Below are positions 23,606 through 32,752 of a stretch of 33,513 nt of DNA, piece after piece (position 1 is the stretch's first letter; each line of letters begins with the position of its first letter). Source of the stretch: a virus (lineage: Duplodnaviria > Caudoviricetes); the IMG/VR virus record IMGVR_UViG_3300037423_002137, positions 1 to 33,513 of that record; one strand, given 5' to 3'. Made by a program: the position numbers and the translations under genes. The notes beneath the pieces are model-generated. The model saw only the letters and a list, made by a program, of their open reading frames with translations, was not told the origin of the DNA and did not search any database.

Positions 23606-25360
23606 ATGGCTTCGATTGTAGACATTTCCAACACGACTGCGGCGGTTCTTCGACCGAAGCTCAACGCCAACTTCTCCGCGATCAATACTGAGCTCGAGGC
23701 GGCTACTGCCGCGATCGTGACCAAAGCGGATTCCTCGGCGGTCACTGCCGCGCTTGCGGCGAAAGCGCCCCTCGCCTCCCCCACACTCACGGGAACGCCG
23801 ACGGCGCCGACAGCCGGCGCGGGGACGAATACGACGCAACTTGCGACCACGGCTCACGTCTTCGCGGAGCGGTCCAACCCGGCGACGCTCACGAATAAAA
23901 CCCTGACGTCGCCGGCCATCAGTTCGCCAACGGGGATCGTGAAAGCCGATGTTGGTCTTGGCAATGTCGATAATACAAGCGACGCGACGAAGAATGCGGC
24001 GTCGGCGACGCTGACGAACAAGACGATTTCGGGCGCGAGCAACACGCTCACGAATATCCCGTTCAGCGCGGTCACGATTACCGGAACGCCGACAGGTTCG
24101 AAATTTGTCCGCGACGATGGCTCGTTCCAGCCTATCCCCGGCGGAGGTGACGCGCTGACCGCAAATCCACTCTCTCAATTCGCATCGACGACCTCGGCGC
24201 AGTTGGCCGGCGTTCTGACCGATCCGGCCGGCTCGTCCGGCGGCTTCGTGCGCGCGGGCTACCTGGGCACCGCGGCGACCCTGAACGTTGCTTCGTCGGG
24301 CGACGCGAGCTCGGTTCAGGTCGTCAAGGGCAGCGACTCTCGTTTGACCGACAGCCGCACGCCGTCGGCGCACGCGTCAACCCACGCTTCGGCCGGGTCG
24401 GATCCAATCACGGTCGCGGAGTCGCAGGTTACCAACCTGGTATCCGACCTTGCGGCGAAAGCGCCCCTCGCCTCGCCGGCGTTGACGGGCGTTCCGACCG
24501 CCCCCACGGCCTCTGCGGGCACGAATACGACGCAGGTCGCCACGACGGCGCACGTGTTCGCGGAGCGCGCGAATACCGCGACGCTGACAAACAAGACGAT
24601 CTCCGGGGCGTCGAACACCCTTTCGAACATTCCGTTTAGCGCGATCGCTATTACTGGAACGCCGACGGGGTCAAAGTTTGTGCGCGATGACGGATCGTTT
24701 CAAACGATCCCCGGGGGCGGCGATGCGCTCACGACTAATCCGCTCTCGCAATTCGCATCGACGACCTCGGCGCAATTGCGCGGCGTGCTTTCGGACGAAA
24801 CGGGGACCGGTGCGGCCGTGTTCGCGACCTCGCCCACTCTCGTCACTCCGAATCTTGGGACCCCGTCAGCCGTTGTCCTGACGAACGGCACCGGGCTTCC
24901 TTTGTCCTCAGGTGTCACCGGAACGTTGCAGGCGGCCCAGTTCCCCGCGCTCACCGGTGCGGTGACGACTTCGGCGGGATCCCTCTCCACGACCGCAAAG
25001 GTCGTAATTCAGTTGGCGTGTTCGGACCCCACCACGGCGATCACGGCCGGCACGAACAAGATGACTTTCCGGATGCCGTTTGCGATGACCCTCACCGAAG
25101 TCAGGGCATCTGTGGCAACAGCACCCACGGGGTCGACGATGATCATCGACGTGAACGAAGCCGGCTCCTCGATTTTCTATGCGGGCACGTTGCTGTCGAT
25201 CGACGCGGGCGAAAAGACGTCCACGACCGCTGCGACTGCGGCAGTGCTCTTCGACATTCTTTTAGCGGATGACGCCGAAATCACTGTCGATTTTGATCAA
25301 GTCGGTTCGACGGTCGCCGGCGCGGGCGTGGTCGTGACGCTCATTGGCACCCGCACATAA
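23606..25360 (+). CDS. Tail fibre / virion fibre protein with an internal duplication
   Basis: T/A/S-rich; KAPLASP.LTG.PTAPTA..GTNTTQ.ATTA, KADVGLGNVDNTSD, LTNKT and SDETGTG fibre motifs; globular C-terminal domain. Confidence 0.85.
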   Translation: MASIVDISNTTAAVLRPKLNANFSAINTELEAATAAIVTKADSSAVTAALAAKAPLASPTLTGTPTAPTAGAGTNTTQLATTAHVFAERSNPATLTNKTLTSPAISSPTGIVKADVGLGNVDNTSDATKNAASATLTNKTISGASNTLTNIPFSAVTITGTPTGSKFVRDDGSFQPIPGGGDALTANPLSQFASTTSAQLAGVLTDPAGSSGGFVRAGYLGTAATLNVASSGDASSVQVVKGSDSRLTDSRTPSAHASTHASAGSDPITVAESQVTNLVSDLAAKAPLASPALTGVPTAPTASAGTNTTQVATTAHVFAERANTATLTNKTISGASNTLSNIPFSAIAITGTPTGSKFVRDDGSFQTIPGGGDALTTNPLSQFASTTSAQLRGVLSDETGTGAAVFATSPTLVTPNLGTPSAVVLTNGTGLPLSSGVTGTLQAAQFPALTGAVTTSAGSLSTTAKVVIQLACSDPTTAITAGTNKMTFRMPFAMTLTEVRASVATAPTGSTMIIDVNEAGSSIFYAGTLLSIDAGEKTSTTAATAAVLFDILLADDAEITVDFDQVGSTVAGAGVVVTLIGTRT

Positions 25361-25364
25361 TTTT

Positions 25365-25913
25365 ATGACGCCACTTACTAAAACCGTTAACGGAGTCGCT
25401 CTCCCGCTCTACGTTCTTCGTCGGATCTCGGACAAGTTCATCATCAACTCGCGTGCGCTTTCCAACACCACGGGTCTCCCTAATCCTGGCCCGGATCAGG
25501 AGTATCTTCCGATCTTGACCGATGAACCGCCGGACCACGATCCGGTTTTTACCGTTCGCACGCAAACGGAAGGCCCAAACGAGGAGGATAAGACGTGGGT
25601 GATTGGATACGTGGTTGCCGATCGCCCTAAGGAGGAGCAAATCGCCGCGGCGGAAAACGCGAAGCGCCTTGAGGTGCAAAAGCACGTTCCGCCGCAGGAC
25701 TCGACGGAAATGATTGTGCTCACTCTCGCGGCTGTTCTGCGGGACGCGAAGGGGCTTCAGCTCACCGAGCAGGAGCAAACCGCGAAAGACAAACTCATCG
25801 AAGTCGCAGGCATCCTGCGTCGAAATGATGACAATCTGACCGATATGAAAGAGGCGATTGACGCAGGACAAAAGCCGGATCTCTCCGCGGGCTGGGTCGA
25901 GCCGAAGTCGTGA
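25365..25913 (+). CDS. Hypothetical protein, possible fibre assembly chaperone
   Basis: Follows the fibre gene; EPPDHDP...W..GY.V.D.P.E then a helical region. Confidence 0.6.
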   Translation: MTPLTKTVNGVALPLYVLRRISDKFIINSRALSNTTGLPNPGPDQEYLPILTDEPPDHDPVFTVRTQTEGPNEEDKTWVIGYVVADRPKEEQIAAAENAKRLEVQKHVPPQDSTEMIVLTLAAVLRDAKGLQLTEQEQTAKDKLIEVAGILRRNDDNLTDMKEAIDAGQKPDLSAGWVEPKS

Positions 25914-26713
25914 GCGTCAGCCCTTGGCTGCTTTTTCCGAGGACTCCGGCACGTAGAATGATCATCAATCCATATGCTTTCCCGAGCGGAGGAGGCGGCT
26001 TCTCGCCGACGGACGTTTCAGGTCTTCAACTGTGGTTGAAAGCCGACGCAATCACGGGCCTTAGTGATGGTGACCCAGTTGCTTCGTGGGTTGATTCGTC
26101 AGGGAATTCTCGGCCAGCCGCGCAATCGACAGCGGGTTACCGCCCGCTATACAAAACGAGTATTTTGAATTCGAACCCGGTGGTTCGTTTCGACGGTTCC
26201 GACGATTTTCTCGTCACGGGTGGAGAATCTTACGCCATTCAAACGGTGTTTGCCGTTTTCAAATACACGGCGAATCCGACATATCTTGGGGTTTTCACCG
26301 GTCGACCATCTTCGGCCATTGGCTCAGGGTCTTCAGACGGTAATTACGGCTTCACTACCCTGCCATTGGCAGGCGGTGACAAGGTTTGTTCGACAAACTC
26401 GGTGTCGTCAGGCGGATCCGGCGCGCATAACTATTGTGCAACTGATGGCGTCTCCCTCGATCCTGACAATTTCGACAATTACAATACTGGCGTTGCGTGC
26501 ACTCAGAACGCTTTTCACGTGTTCTGTTGCATTCGAACGACTGCGTCGAGCGGAGGCGCGAAGTATCTCCACGTCGGAGTAGACCCCGCGATTTCCGGGC
26601 GCTTTCTGCAAGGCGACGTCGCGGAAGTTGTCGTCTACGACTCCGACATTGGAGCGACTCATCGAGGTCAAGTAGTTGGGTATCTCGGAGCTAAATACGG
26701 CATTTCAGTTTGA
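25910..26713 (+). CDS. LamG / concanavalin A-like lectin domain virion protein
   Basis: GLQLWLKAD...DGDPVASWVDSSGN, VVRFDGSDD, GDVAEVVVYD. Confidence 0.82.
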   Translation: MSVSPWLLFPRTPARRMIINPYAFPSGGGGFSPTDVSGLQLWLKADAITGLSDGDPVASWVDSSGNSRPAAQSTAGYRPLYKTSILNSNPVVRFDGSDDFLVTGGESYAIQTVFAVFKYTANPTYLGVFTGRPSSAIGSGSSDGNYGFTTLPLAGGDKVCSTNSVSSGGSGAHNYCATDGVSLDPDNFDNYNTGVACTQNAFHVFCCIRTTASSGGAKYLHVGVDPAISGRFLQGDVAEVVVYDSDIGATHRGQVVGYLGAKYGISV

Positions 26714-26715
26714 TT

Positions 26716-27456
26716 ATGAACGAAAATTATTCGATTTCCGACCTTCGTTCCGTTGATGAACGCATCGCTGTTCTCCCGGAGCTTTTTCGGCGCGACCCGA
26801 TCATGGTCGTTGGACAGACTTTCTATGGCACCGCCAAACAAGCTGGCGTAGACAATCACGCGCACACACCGGATCGTTCAGAACGTTCGATCATTTTTGT
26901 CGACTGTGTGATGAACGCGCGTGGCGCGTCCGAGGCTGAGAAGCTGTCGCGTCATTGGGGTGTGGCGTTCGTTAACTGTCAGTTTATCGGAGGAGCCGAA
27001 GAGCCGCTCGATATTTGCCGCGGCGGCGATCTTTATTTTTACCGCTGCGACTTTGTGAGCTCGAAACCGGAAGATCGTGACCTCACGCTGAAGGGCGGTG
27101 CTCGGCGTGTTACCTTTCACTCGTGCCAGAATCTTCGCCAGCTCACGCTCGGCGAGTATTCGAAATACGATTTGAAGGCGGTGTATCCCGACGGCACGAC
27201 CCGCAAGGCTTCAGTGCGTTTAAACGCACGCCCGCCCGTGCGCGAAACGCGGCTGATCGACAACGGTCCTTGCACCGTCACCTACATTCACGCCGAAGAC
27301 GTGCAGGCTGTCGGAGATACCCAGGTGACGAGCCGCCGATACATCCCGCGGTTTCTCGTGCCCGCCTATTTTTGGGCACGCGCGACGTTCTTCAAAGAGG
27401 TCAATCCGGTGCCGGAGGAAGAGTTCGCGATTGACCCGCGGGAGGTGCAACCGTGA
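26716..27456 (+). CDS. Putative short beta-helix (pectin-lyase-like) protein
   Basis: Periodic IIFVDC / VAFVNCQF / LYFYRCDF / VTFHSC rungs. Confidence 0.55.
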   Translation: MNENYSISDLRSVDERIAVLPELFRRDPIMVVGQTFYGTAKQAGVDNHAHTPDRSERSIIFVDCVMNARGASEAEKLSRHWGVAFVNCQFIGGAEEPLDICRGGDLYFYRCDFVSSKPEDRDLTLKGGARRVTFHSCQNLRQLTLGEYSKYDLKAVYPDGTTRKASVRLNARPPVRETRLIDNGPCTVTYIHAEDVQAVGDTQVTSRRYIPRFLVPAYFWARATFFKEVNPVPEEEFAIDPREVQP

Positions 27457-28175
27457 AAACGCGTGGCGTTGCACCGGTGGTCGTTATCCTAGTCCTCGCG
27501 CTCATCGGCGGAGGTTTATTCGTCGCGAAACCTTCTTTGTTCCCCGGAGCGTCGAAACGCGCAGCGCAATCGACCGTTGCAACGGCGAAAGTCGAGACTG
27601 CCGTCAATGCGCAGGCTTCTGCCGCCGCCGCGAGTGTCGCGAAAATCGGGGAAGCTAACGCCTCTGCACCCGAAAGCCCGGCGCGCGATTTCATTTCCCG
27701 GGAAATCCCCGTTGCGTTGGCCCGGCTCCCCTCGCCGGACCCAATGGAATTGCTCGCCGCCGAGAAACGGCGATCGGCGATTATGGAGGGGCGGCTCGAC
27801 GAAGCCCGGACACTTTATGAAGCGACGGCAAAGAAGTCAGCGCAGCTTCAGAAGGAACGAGACACGGCTTTCGCTGAACGTCGCGCGGCGGATCTCGCGC
27901 TCGAGCAAGCTGCGGCGGCCGAGCACGCACGGACTGTTCAGCTGATGATTGCTGGCGCGGTTGCAGTTCTCGCTTTCGCCGGGTGGGCCTACGCAAAACT
28001 GTTCGGGGTGAGTCTGCCGAATATCGGAAAAATGGCGGCCGATATTCGTGCGGGCGAAGACCCGATCACGGCGCTTAGCACTTACACGGCGCCGTGGCAC
28101 CACGCCACGGTGCAGAAATACGCGAAATTGAATTCCGAATTGCCGACCCCGCCCCCGGATGGGACTCCTTCCTGA
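27453..28175 (+). CDS. Membrane-anchored coiled-coil protein (possible lysis/spanin-like)
   Basis: N-terminal TM, Ala-rich coiled coil, second TM near the C-terminus. Function uncertain. Confidence 0.6.
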   Translation: MKTRGVAPVVVILVLALIGGGLFVAKPSLFPGASKRAAQSTVATAKVETAVNAQASAAAASVAKIGEANASAPESPARDFISREIPVALARLPSPDPMELLAAEKRRSAIMEGRLDEARTLYEATAKKSAQLQKERDTAFAERRAADLALEQAAAAEHARTVQLMIAGAVAVLAFAGWAYAKLFGVSLPNIGKMAADIRAGEDPITALSTYTAPWHHATVQKYAKLNSELPTPPPDGTPS

Positions 28176-30072
28176 AGAACTTTTCATCTCCCGGATTCGC
28201 AAGGAACGGGAAGCCCGTGAAGCGGCGGATGCCCGTTTGCAGGCGTTGATTGACGCGGCGAACGCCGACACGAAGACGACGTTTGAGGCGTTGGTCGCGC
28301 GGCTGCGCAAAGCCGAATCGACCTCCGGCCTCGAATCCACGGCCTTCATCACGAAGTTTCAGGAAGTGATTGCGGGCGACGGCTACGCCAAGGCGACGGA
28401 CATCGAAACGCTTTCGGCGAAAGTTGAAGGAATAAAGATCACGTCGGAGTCGACGATCGAGGACCTTCGCCAAACCTTCGCCAGCCAGACCGAGACCTTC
28501 GCGCTCGAGACGCGCACGTTGTCGTCGAAAATTGTCGCGGCGTCGAGCGGCCTCTCGACGGCAGTCTCGGCCTTGGAAACGCGCGTTACGACGGCGGAGG
28601 GGACAATTACCGCCCAGTCGACGAGCATCACGTCGCTTCAGAGCACGGTGAACAATCCCACGACCGGCGTTGCGGCTACCGCAACGGCTCTCTCATCTCT
28701 CACGACTCGGGTAACAACGGCGGAAGGCACGATTACATCGCAATCGTCGGCCATTACTGCGCTTCAGAACACCGTCAACAATCCAACGACAGGTGTCGCA
28801 GCGACGGCGACGGCTCTCTCGAGTCTGACGACGACGGTCTCCACGCAGGGGGGCACGATTACGTCGAACTCTTCGGCGATCACTGCGCTTCAGAGCACCG
28901 TCAATAATCCGACCACAGGCGTTGCGGCTACGGCGACGGGCCTTAGTTCGCTCACGACGACGGTCTCCACATTAAGCGGCTCCGTTTCGTCGCTCTCCTC
29001 GTCCGTCACGTCGCTCAATAGCACCGTTAATCAACGGAACCGCACGTTCGCGCAGTCGACGACCCCGACGGCGAGCAATATCGGTGACCTGTGGCTCGAC
29101 ACCGGGCACTCGAATCGGGCGTATCGTTGGGATGGCTCGTCCTGGGTCGCGGTGAATTACGGCGCCAAGGTCTTCGCGCAGTCGTCTACTCCCACTGCGG
29201 AAAATGTCGGTGATCTCTGGCTCGATACGACAGGCGGTGCGAACACCCCTTATCGTTGGGACGGCTCCTCATGGGTGCTTTTCCGCGACGGAGTCACCGC
29301 GGCGAACGCGAGCGCCGTCTCCTCGCTCACGAGCAGCGTCAGCACGATCAACGGCACGCTCACCTCGCAAGCCTCGTCCATCACGTCGTTGAGTTCGTCT
29401 GTCGGAGGTCTCTCGACCTCGCTCACGAGCGAAGCTTCGACGCGCGCTACCGCGGACGGGTATCTTTCGGGCAAGTATTCGCTGGAATTGGACGTCGGGG
29501 GCCGGGTCACCGGCCTCAATATCTCTTCGACCTCGGGGTCCGGCAGCACGACCTCGGATGTCGTATTTAACGCGGGAGCGTTCAAGATTTTTGACGGCTC
29601 GTCGACTGACATCCCTGTTTTCAGCGCAAGCGGCGGCGTGGTCTCGATGAATGATGTTGTGGTGACGCACAAGGTCGACATCGGCACAACGAATCACACG
29701 GTTATCGACGGAAGCGGGATTGCGATCGGCAACCATATCAGCCTCTACGGCTCGACGAGCGCCTCGAACATTCAACTTGGAAGCGGCGGATCTGCGATTA
29801 TTCTAGGCGGTGTCGCTGGCGTCGGCACTATCGGGTTTCAATCGGGGCGCGGGTTTAATTACTGGGGCGACGCCACCCTCGGGTCAGTCAACTGTGCTTC
29901 GCTGGACACCGGCACGATCAAGGCTTCTGTCGTCAATGCGGCCATCAATGTTGGCGCAGGTGACCCTGGGCAGATCGGCTGCGGTGAAGTCCCCGGCAGT
30001 GACGGAAATTACCTTGAGATCAAGTTTAATGGGTCGGTCAAATACGTCCGTTTCTTTGCTTCCCTACCTTAA
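28159..30072 (+). CDS. Tail fibre / central-tip J-like C-terminal region protein
   Basis: Three 42-aa coiled-coil repeats (126-bp period from 28582), two FAQS.TPTA...GDLWLDT...YRWDGSSWV repeats, and YSLELDVGGRVTG...FNAGAFKI (DUF1983-like). Confidence 0.8.
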   Translation: MGLLPEELFISRIRKEREAREAADARLQALIDAANADTKTTFEALVARLRKAESTSGLESTAFITKFQEVIAGDGYAKATDIETLSAKVEGIKITSESTIEDLRQTFASQTETFALETRTLSSKIVAASSGLSTAVSALETRVTTAEGTITAQSTSITSLQSTVNNPTTGVAATATALSSLTTRVTTAEGTITSQSSAITALQNTVNNPTTGVAATATALSSLTTTVSTQGGTITSNSSAITALQSTVNNPTTGVAATATGLSSLTTTVSTLSGSVSSLSSSVTSLNSTVNQRNRTFAQSTTPTASNIGDLWLDTGHSNRAYRWDGSSWVAVNYGAKVFAQSSTPTAENVGDLWLDTTGGANTPYRWDGSSWVLFRDGVTAANASAVSSLTSSVSTINGTLTSQASSITSLSSSVGGLSTSLTSEASTRATADGYLSGKYSLELDVGGRVTGLNISSTSGSGSTTSDVVFNAGAFKIFDGSSTDIPVFSASGGVVSMNDVVVTHKVDIGTTNHTVIDGSGIAIGNHISLYGSTSASNIQLGSGGSAIILGGVAGVGTIGFQSGRGFNYWGDATLGSVNCASLDTGTIKASVVNAAINVGAGDPGQIGCGEVPGSDGNYLEIKFNGSVKYVRFFASLP

Positions 30073-30150
30073 TTTGGCCATGACCAGTTATTTTGTGTAA
30101 CTCTATTTCGGATACTTGTCGCCTCTGTTATGGTGGCCTTCACCGTCACC

Positions 30151-30405
30151 ATGACACTCGAAACACTGAAACAACGCCACGCCGACTATAACGCGGTTTA
30201 CCTCACGCAAGCGCAGGAACTGAAGAACGCGGAGGCAAATGTCGCCCGTCTCCAACTCAACCAGCAGGCCCAGAGCGGGGCCGTCCAGGTCCTCACGAAT
30301 TTAATTCAGGAAGAGCAGGACCGCTTGAACCGAGAAGCGGCGATGCAGTCCGCTGAAAAGGCGGTCTCGGTCGCGATCGAGGAGCCTGAAGAAGTGGCGA
30401 AGTGA
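30151..30405 (+). CDS. Small coiled-coil protein (possible fibre chaperone)
   Basis: Helical Q/E/A-rich ORF; its stop overlaps the TerL start. Alternative start at 30130. Confidence 0.7.
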   Translation: MTLETLKQRHADYNAVYLTQAQELKNAEANVARLQLNQQAQSGAVQVLTNLIQEEQDRLNREAAMQSAEKAVSVAIEEPEEVAK

Positions 30406-32123
30406 AGAAATACGGCCGCGACTGGCCGGCCGATTTCACGCCGGCTCACATCGAGCTGTATTGCATGGTCCACAACCTCGGGCCGAGCGATAGCGCGCTC
30501 GGCCGAGACCGGCATTTGCGCAACGCAATGCTGCTCCTCTGGCCGCATGTGTATGACGGCTACGCCGAGCCGGGCATTTTGAAATGGCGCGACGAGCTCG
30601 AACTCCTCGTTTGGGCGTGGTCGAAGTTCAAAATCACTGCGGTCCTCGGTCACGCGAGCGCGGCGAAGACGCACACTTTCGGCCACATCGCGGCGGCCTC
30701 GTTTCTTGGGGACGCGCCGAACTCCATCATCACGCTCACGTCAACGCACTTGAGCGGGCTACGAAAGCGTCTCTGGGCAGATACCGAGATGGCGTGTCGG
30801 TCGACGATCTTCGGCGACATCTTCGACGTGCGTAAGCACGACATGACGATCCGCCCTCAAGGGTCGAAGGAAGACAAATATGTCATCGAAGGCATTGCGA
30901 CCGACCGCGGCGCAGACGCCGTCGAGAAGATTCAGGGCACGCACTCGCGAAACCATCGCTACTGCATCATTGACGAAGCCCAGGGCACGCCGCCGGCGAT
31001 TTTCGAAGCCGCCGCAAATTTGATGACGGACCCGGACTTCCGGATGGGTCTCCTCGCCAATCCGACGAAACGGTTCTCTGAGTTCGGAACTTGGTGCGAG
31101 CCCGTCGCCGGTTGGCACAAGATCGACCCCGAGGTTGATCTTTGGTGGGAGACGAAGCGCGGCGGCGTCTGCGTTCGTCTCGACGGGCTCAAGTCGCCGA
31201 ACATTAAACACGGTCGCACGATTTTTCCGTTCCTCATTCGGCAAGATTACATCGACCGAATCGGAAAATCTTACGGCGTCGGGTCCCCGCGGTGGTGGAT
31301 TTTCGTGCGCGGATGGTTTCCGCCCGAGGGGCTGTCGGGCATCATCTATCCGTCGAACGTCCTCGCGAAGGCGGAGAAACCGATCGTCTTCCAATTCCCT
31401 CCGAAGCGTTGCGCGGCGCTCGACCCCGCGTTCGAAGGCGGGGACCAGTGCGCAATTGTCCTCGGGGAATACGGGGAAGCGCACGGCAGTCGCTATGCGC
31501 TCAACATCACCGAAACGAGCGCGATCAAGGTCGCCGTCACCGAAGGGAGCGACCCCCTCGACTACCTCATTGCGCGCGAGGTGATGCGCATTTGTCAGGA
31601 TCCGGCTAACCCGATTGCTCCGGAGGATTTCATCATGGACGTCACGGGCGCCGGGCGCGGTGTCGCCGCCATCCTTCAAAAGGAATGGTCCCACTCGATC
31701 CAGCGATGCAATTTCGGTGGCTCTCCAACGGACCGGAAGCTGAAGACGACGGACACCGAAACCGCCGAGGATTTGTTTGATCGCTTCGTCTCTGAGTTGT
31801 GGTGGGCGGGCCGTGCTTGGATGGAAGAGGACCTGGTCGGCGGCATCGACCTCGCGAAAAAGACGCTCCGCGATCAGTTGTCGGCCCGCGAATACGAGAC
31901 CGTCAACGAGAAGAAAATTTCGATTGAGACCAAGCGCGAGATGAAGCTCCGGCTCGGGTATTCTCCCGACGAAGCCGACGGTTTCACGATGCTCGTCGAG
32001 CTTCTCCGGCGGAAAGGTGCCACTGCGGGGAGCACCGTAACCCCGGCCACCGGGACACCCGACAACCGGCTTCTGAAACGCGCGCAAATTTACTCCGCGA
32101 TCGAGGTTGAAACATGGCAGTAA
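30402..32123 (+). CDS. terL: Terminase large subunit
   Basis: Walker A-like GHASAAKT, Walker B CIIDEAQ, coupling motif LANP, nuclease motifs ALDPAFEGGD, DVTGAG, SPDEAD. Confidence 0.9.
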   Translation: MKKYGRDWPADFTPAHIELYCMVHNLGPSDSALGRDRHLRNAMLLLWPHVYDGYAEPGILKWRDELELLVWAWSKFKITAVLGHASAAKTHTFGHIAAASFLGDAPNSIITLTSTHLSGLRKRLWADTEMACRSTIFGDIFDVRKHDMTIRPQGSKEDKYVIEGIATDRGADAVEKIQGTHSRNHRYCIIDEAQGTPPAIFEAAANLMTDPDFRMGLLANPTKRFSEFGTWCEPVAGWHKIDPEVDLWWETKRGGVCVRLDGLKSPNIKHGRTIFPFLIRQDYIDRIGKSYGVGSPRWWIFVRGWFPPEGLSGIIYPSNVLAKAEKPIVFQFPPKRCAALDPAFEGGDQCAIVLGEYGEAHGSRYALNITETSAIKVAVTEGSDPLDYLIAREVMRICQDPANPIAPEDFIMDVTGAGRGVAAILQKEWSHSIQRCNFGGSPTDRKLKTTDTETAEDLFDRFVSELWWAGRAWMEEDLVGGIDLAKKTLRDQLSAREYETVNEKKISIETKREMKLRLGYSPDEADGFTMLVELLRRKGATAGSTVTPATGTPDNRLLKRAQIYSAIEVETWQ

Positions 32124-32737
32124 TTCGTTCCTTCCGCGACGTCCCGCCCGGGGGCTGGCGTTATATTCAGCCCGGGACAAACGTCCGCTTCGCCGAGGAC
32201 ACCTACGACGCCTTGCGCGCCAAGGTGGAGTCTCACCGCAAATACAAGGGCATCGCGACGGACACCCTCGACGAAGACATCCAGACGCAGCTTTGCCTCG
32301 CTCTCGACACCTCGGTTTGCCGGCCGCTACCGGGCGAGGATTACCAGCCTGTCGAGGACATGACGGCTCGGCTCACAACCGGGATGGTCGTCTCGCTCAA
32401 TCGGGCGCTCGTCGAAACCCTCGGCAATCTGCTCGCCGGCAAGGATCCGTTCATTGACAAGGCCGAAGCGGACCGGCGGGCCGAGATTTGCCGCGGCTGC
32501 CCGTTCAACAAACCGGCGTCGGCGTGTTCCTGTAACACCGCTTACCGGGTCGTTGAGGCCCTCGTCCCCGCTTCACGGAAGCAGGCTGGGATTTCTGTCT
32601 GCATGGCGTGCGGTTGCTCGCTTCAGGCCAAGGTCAACCTGCCCCTCTCCGTCGTCGCCAAGACTCTCGACCCCTCGAAACCCCTGCCCCCGTGGTGTTG
32701 GCAGCGTGAGGCCCTTGTTACGTCACCGGTTTCCTGA
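32114..32737 (+). CDS. Cys-rich hypothetical protein
   Basis: PPGGWRY, RAEICRGCPFN, CSC, CMACGC.L.AKV, WCW. Confidence 0.8.
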   Translation: MAVIRSFRDVPPGGWRYIQPGTNVRFAEDTYDALRAKVESHRKYKGIATDTLDEDIQTQLCLALDTSVCRPLPGEDYQPVEDMTARLTTGMVVSLNRALVETLGNLLAGKDPFIDKAEADRRAEICRGCPFNKPASACSCNTAYRVVEALVPASRKQAGISVCMACGCSLQAKVNLPLSVVAKTLDPSKPLPPWCWQREALVTSPVS

Positions 32738-32752
32738 TACCTTTTTACGAGC

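Noticed and set aside
23606-30072. Diversity-generating retroelement acting on the fibre genes
   Set aside because: No reverse transcriptase is in the window, and the repeat differences are synonymous third-position changes rather than adenine-specific ones.
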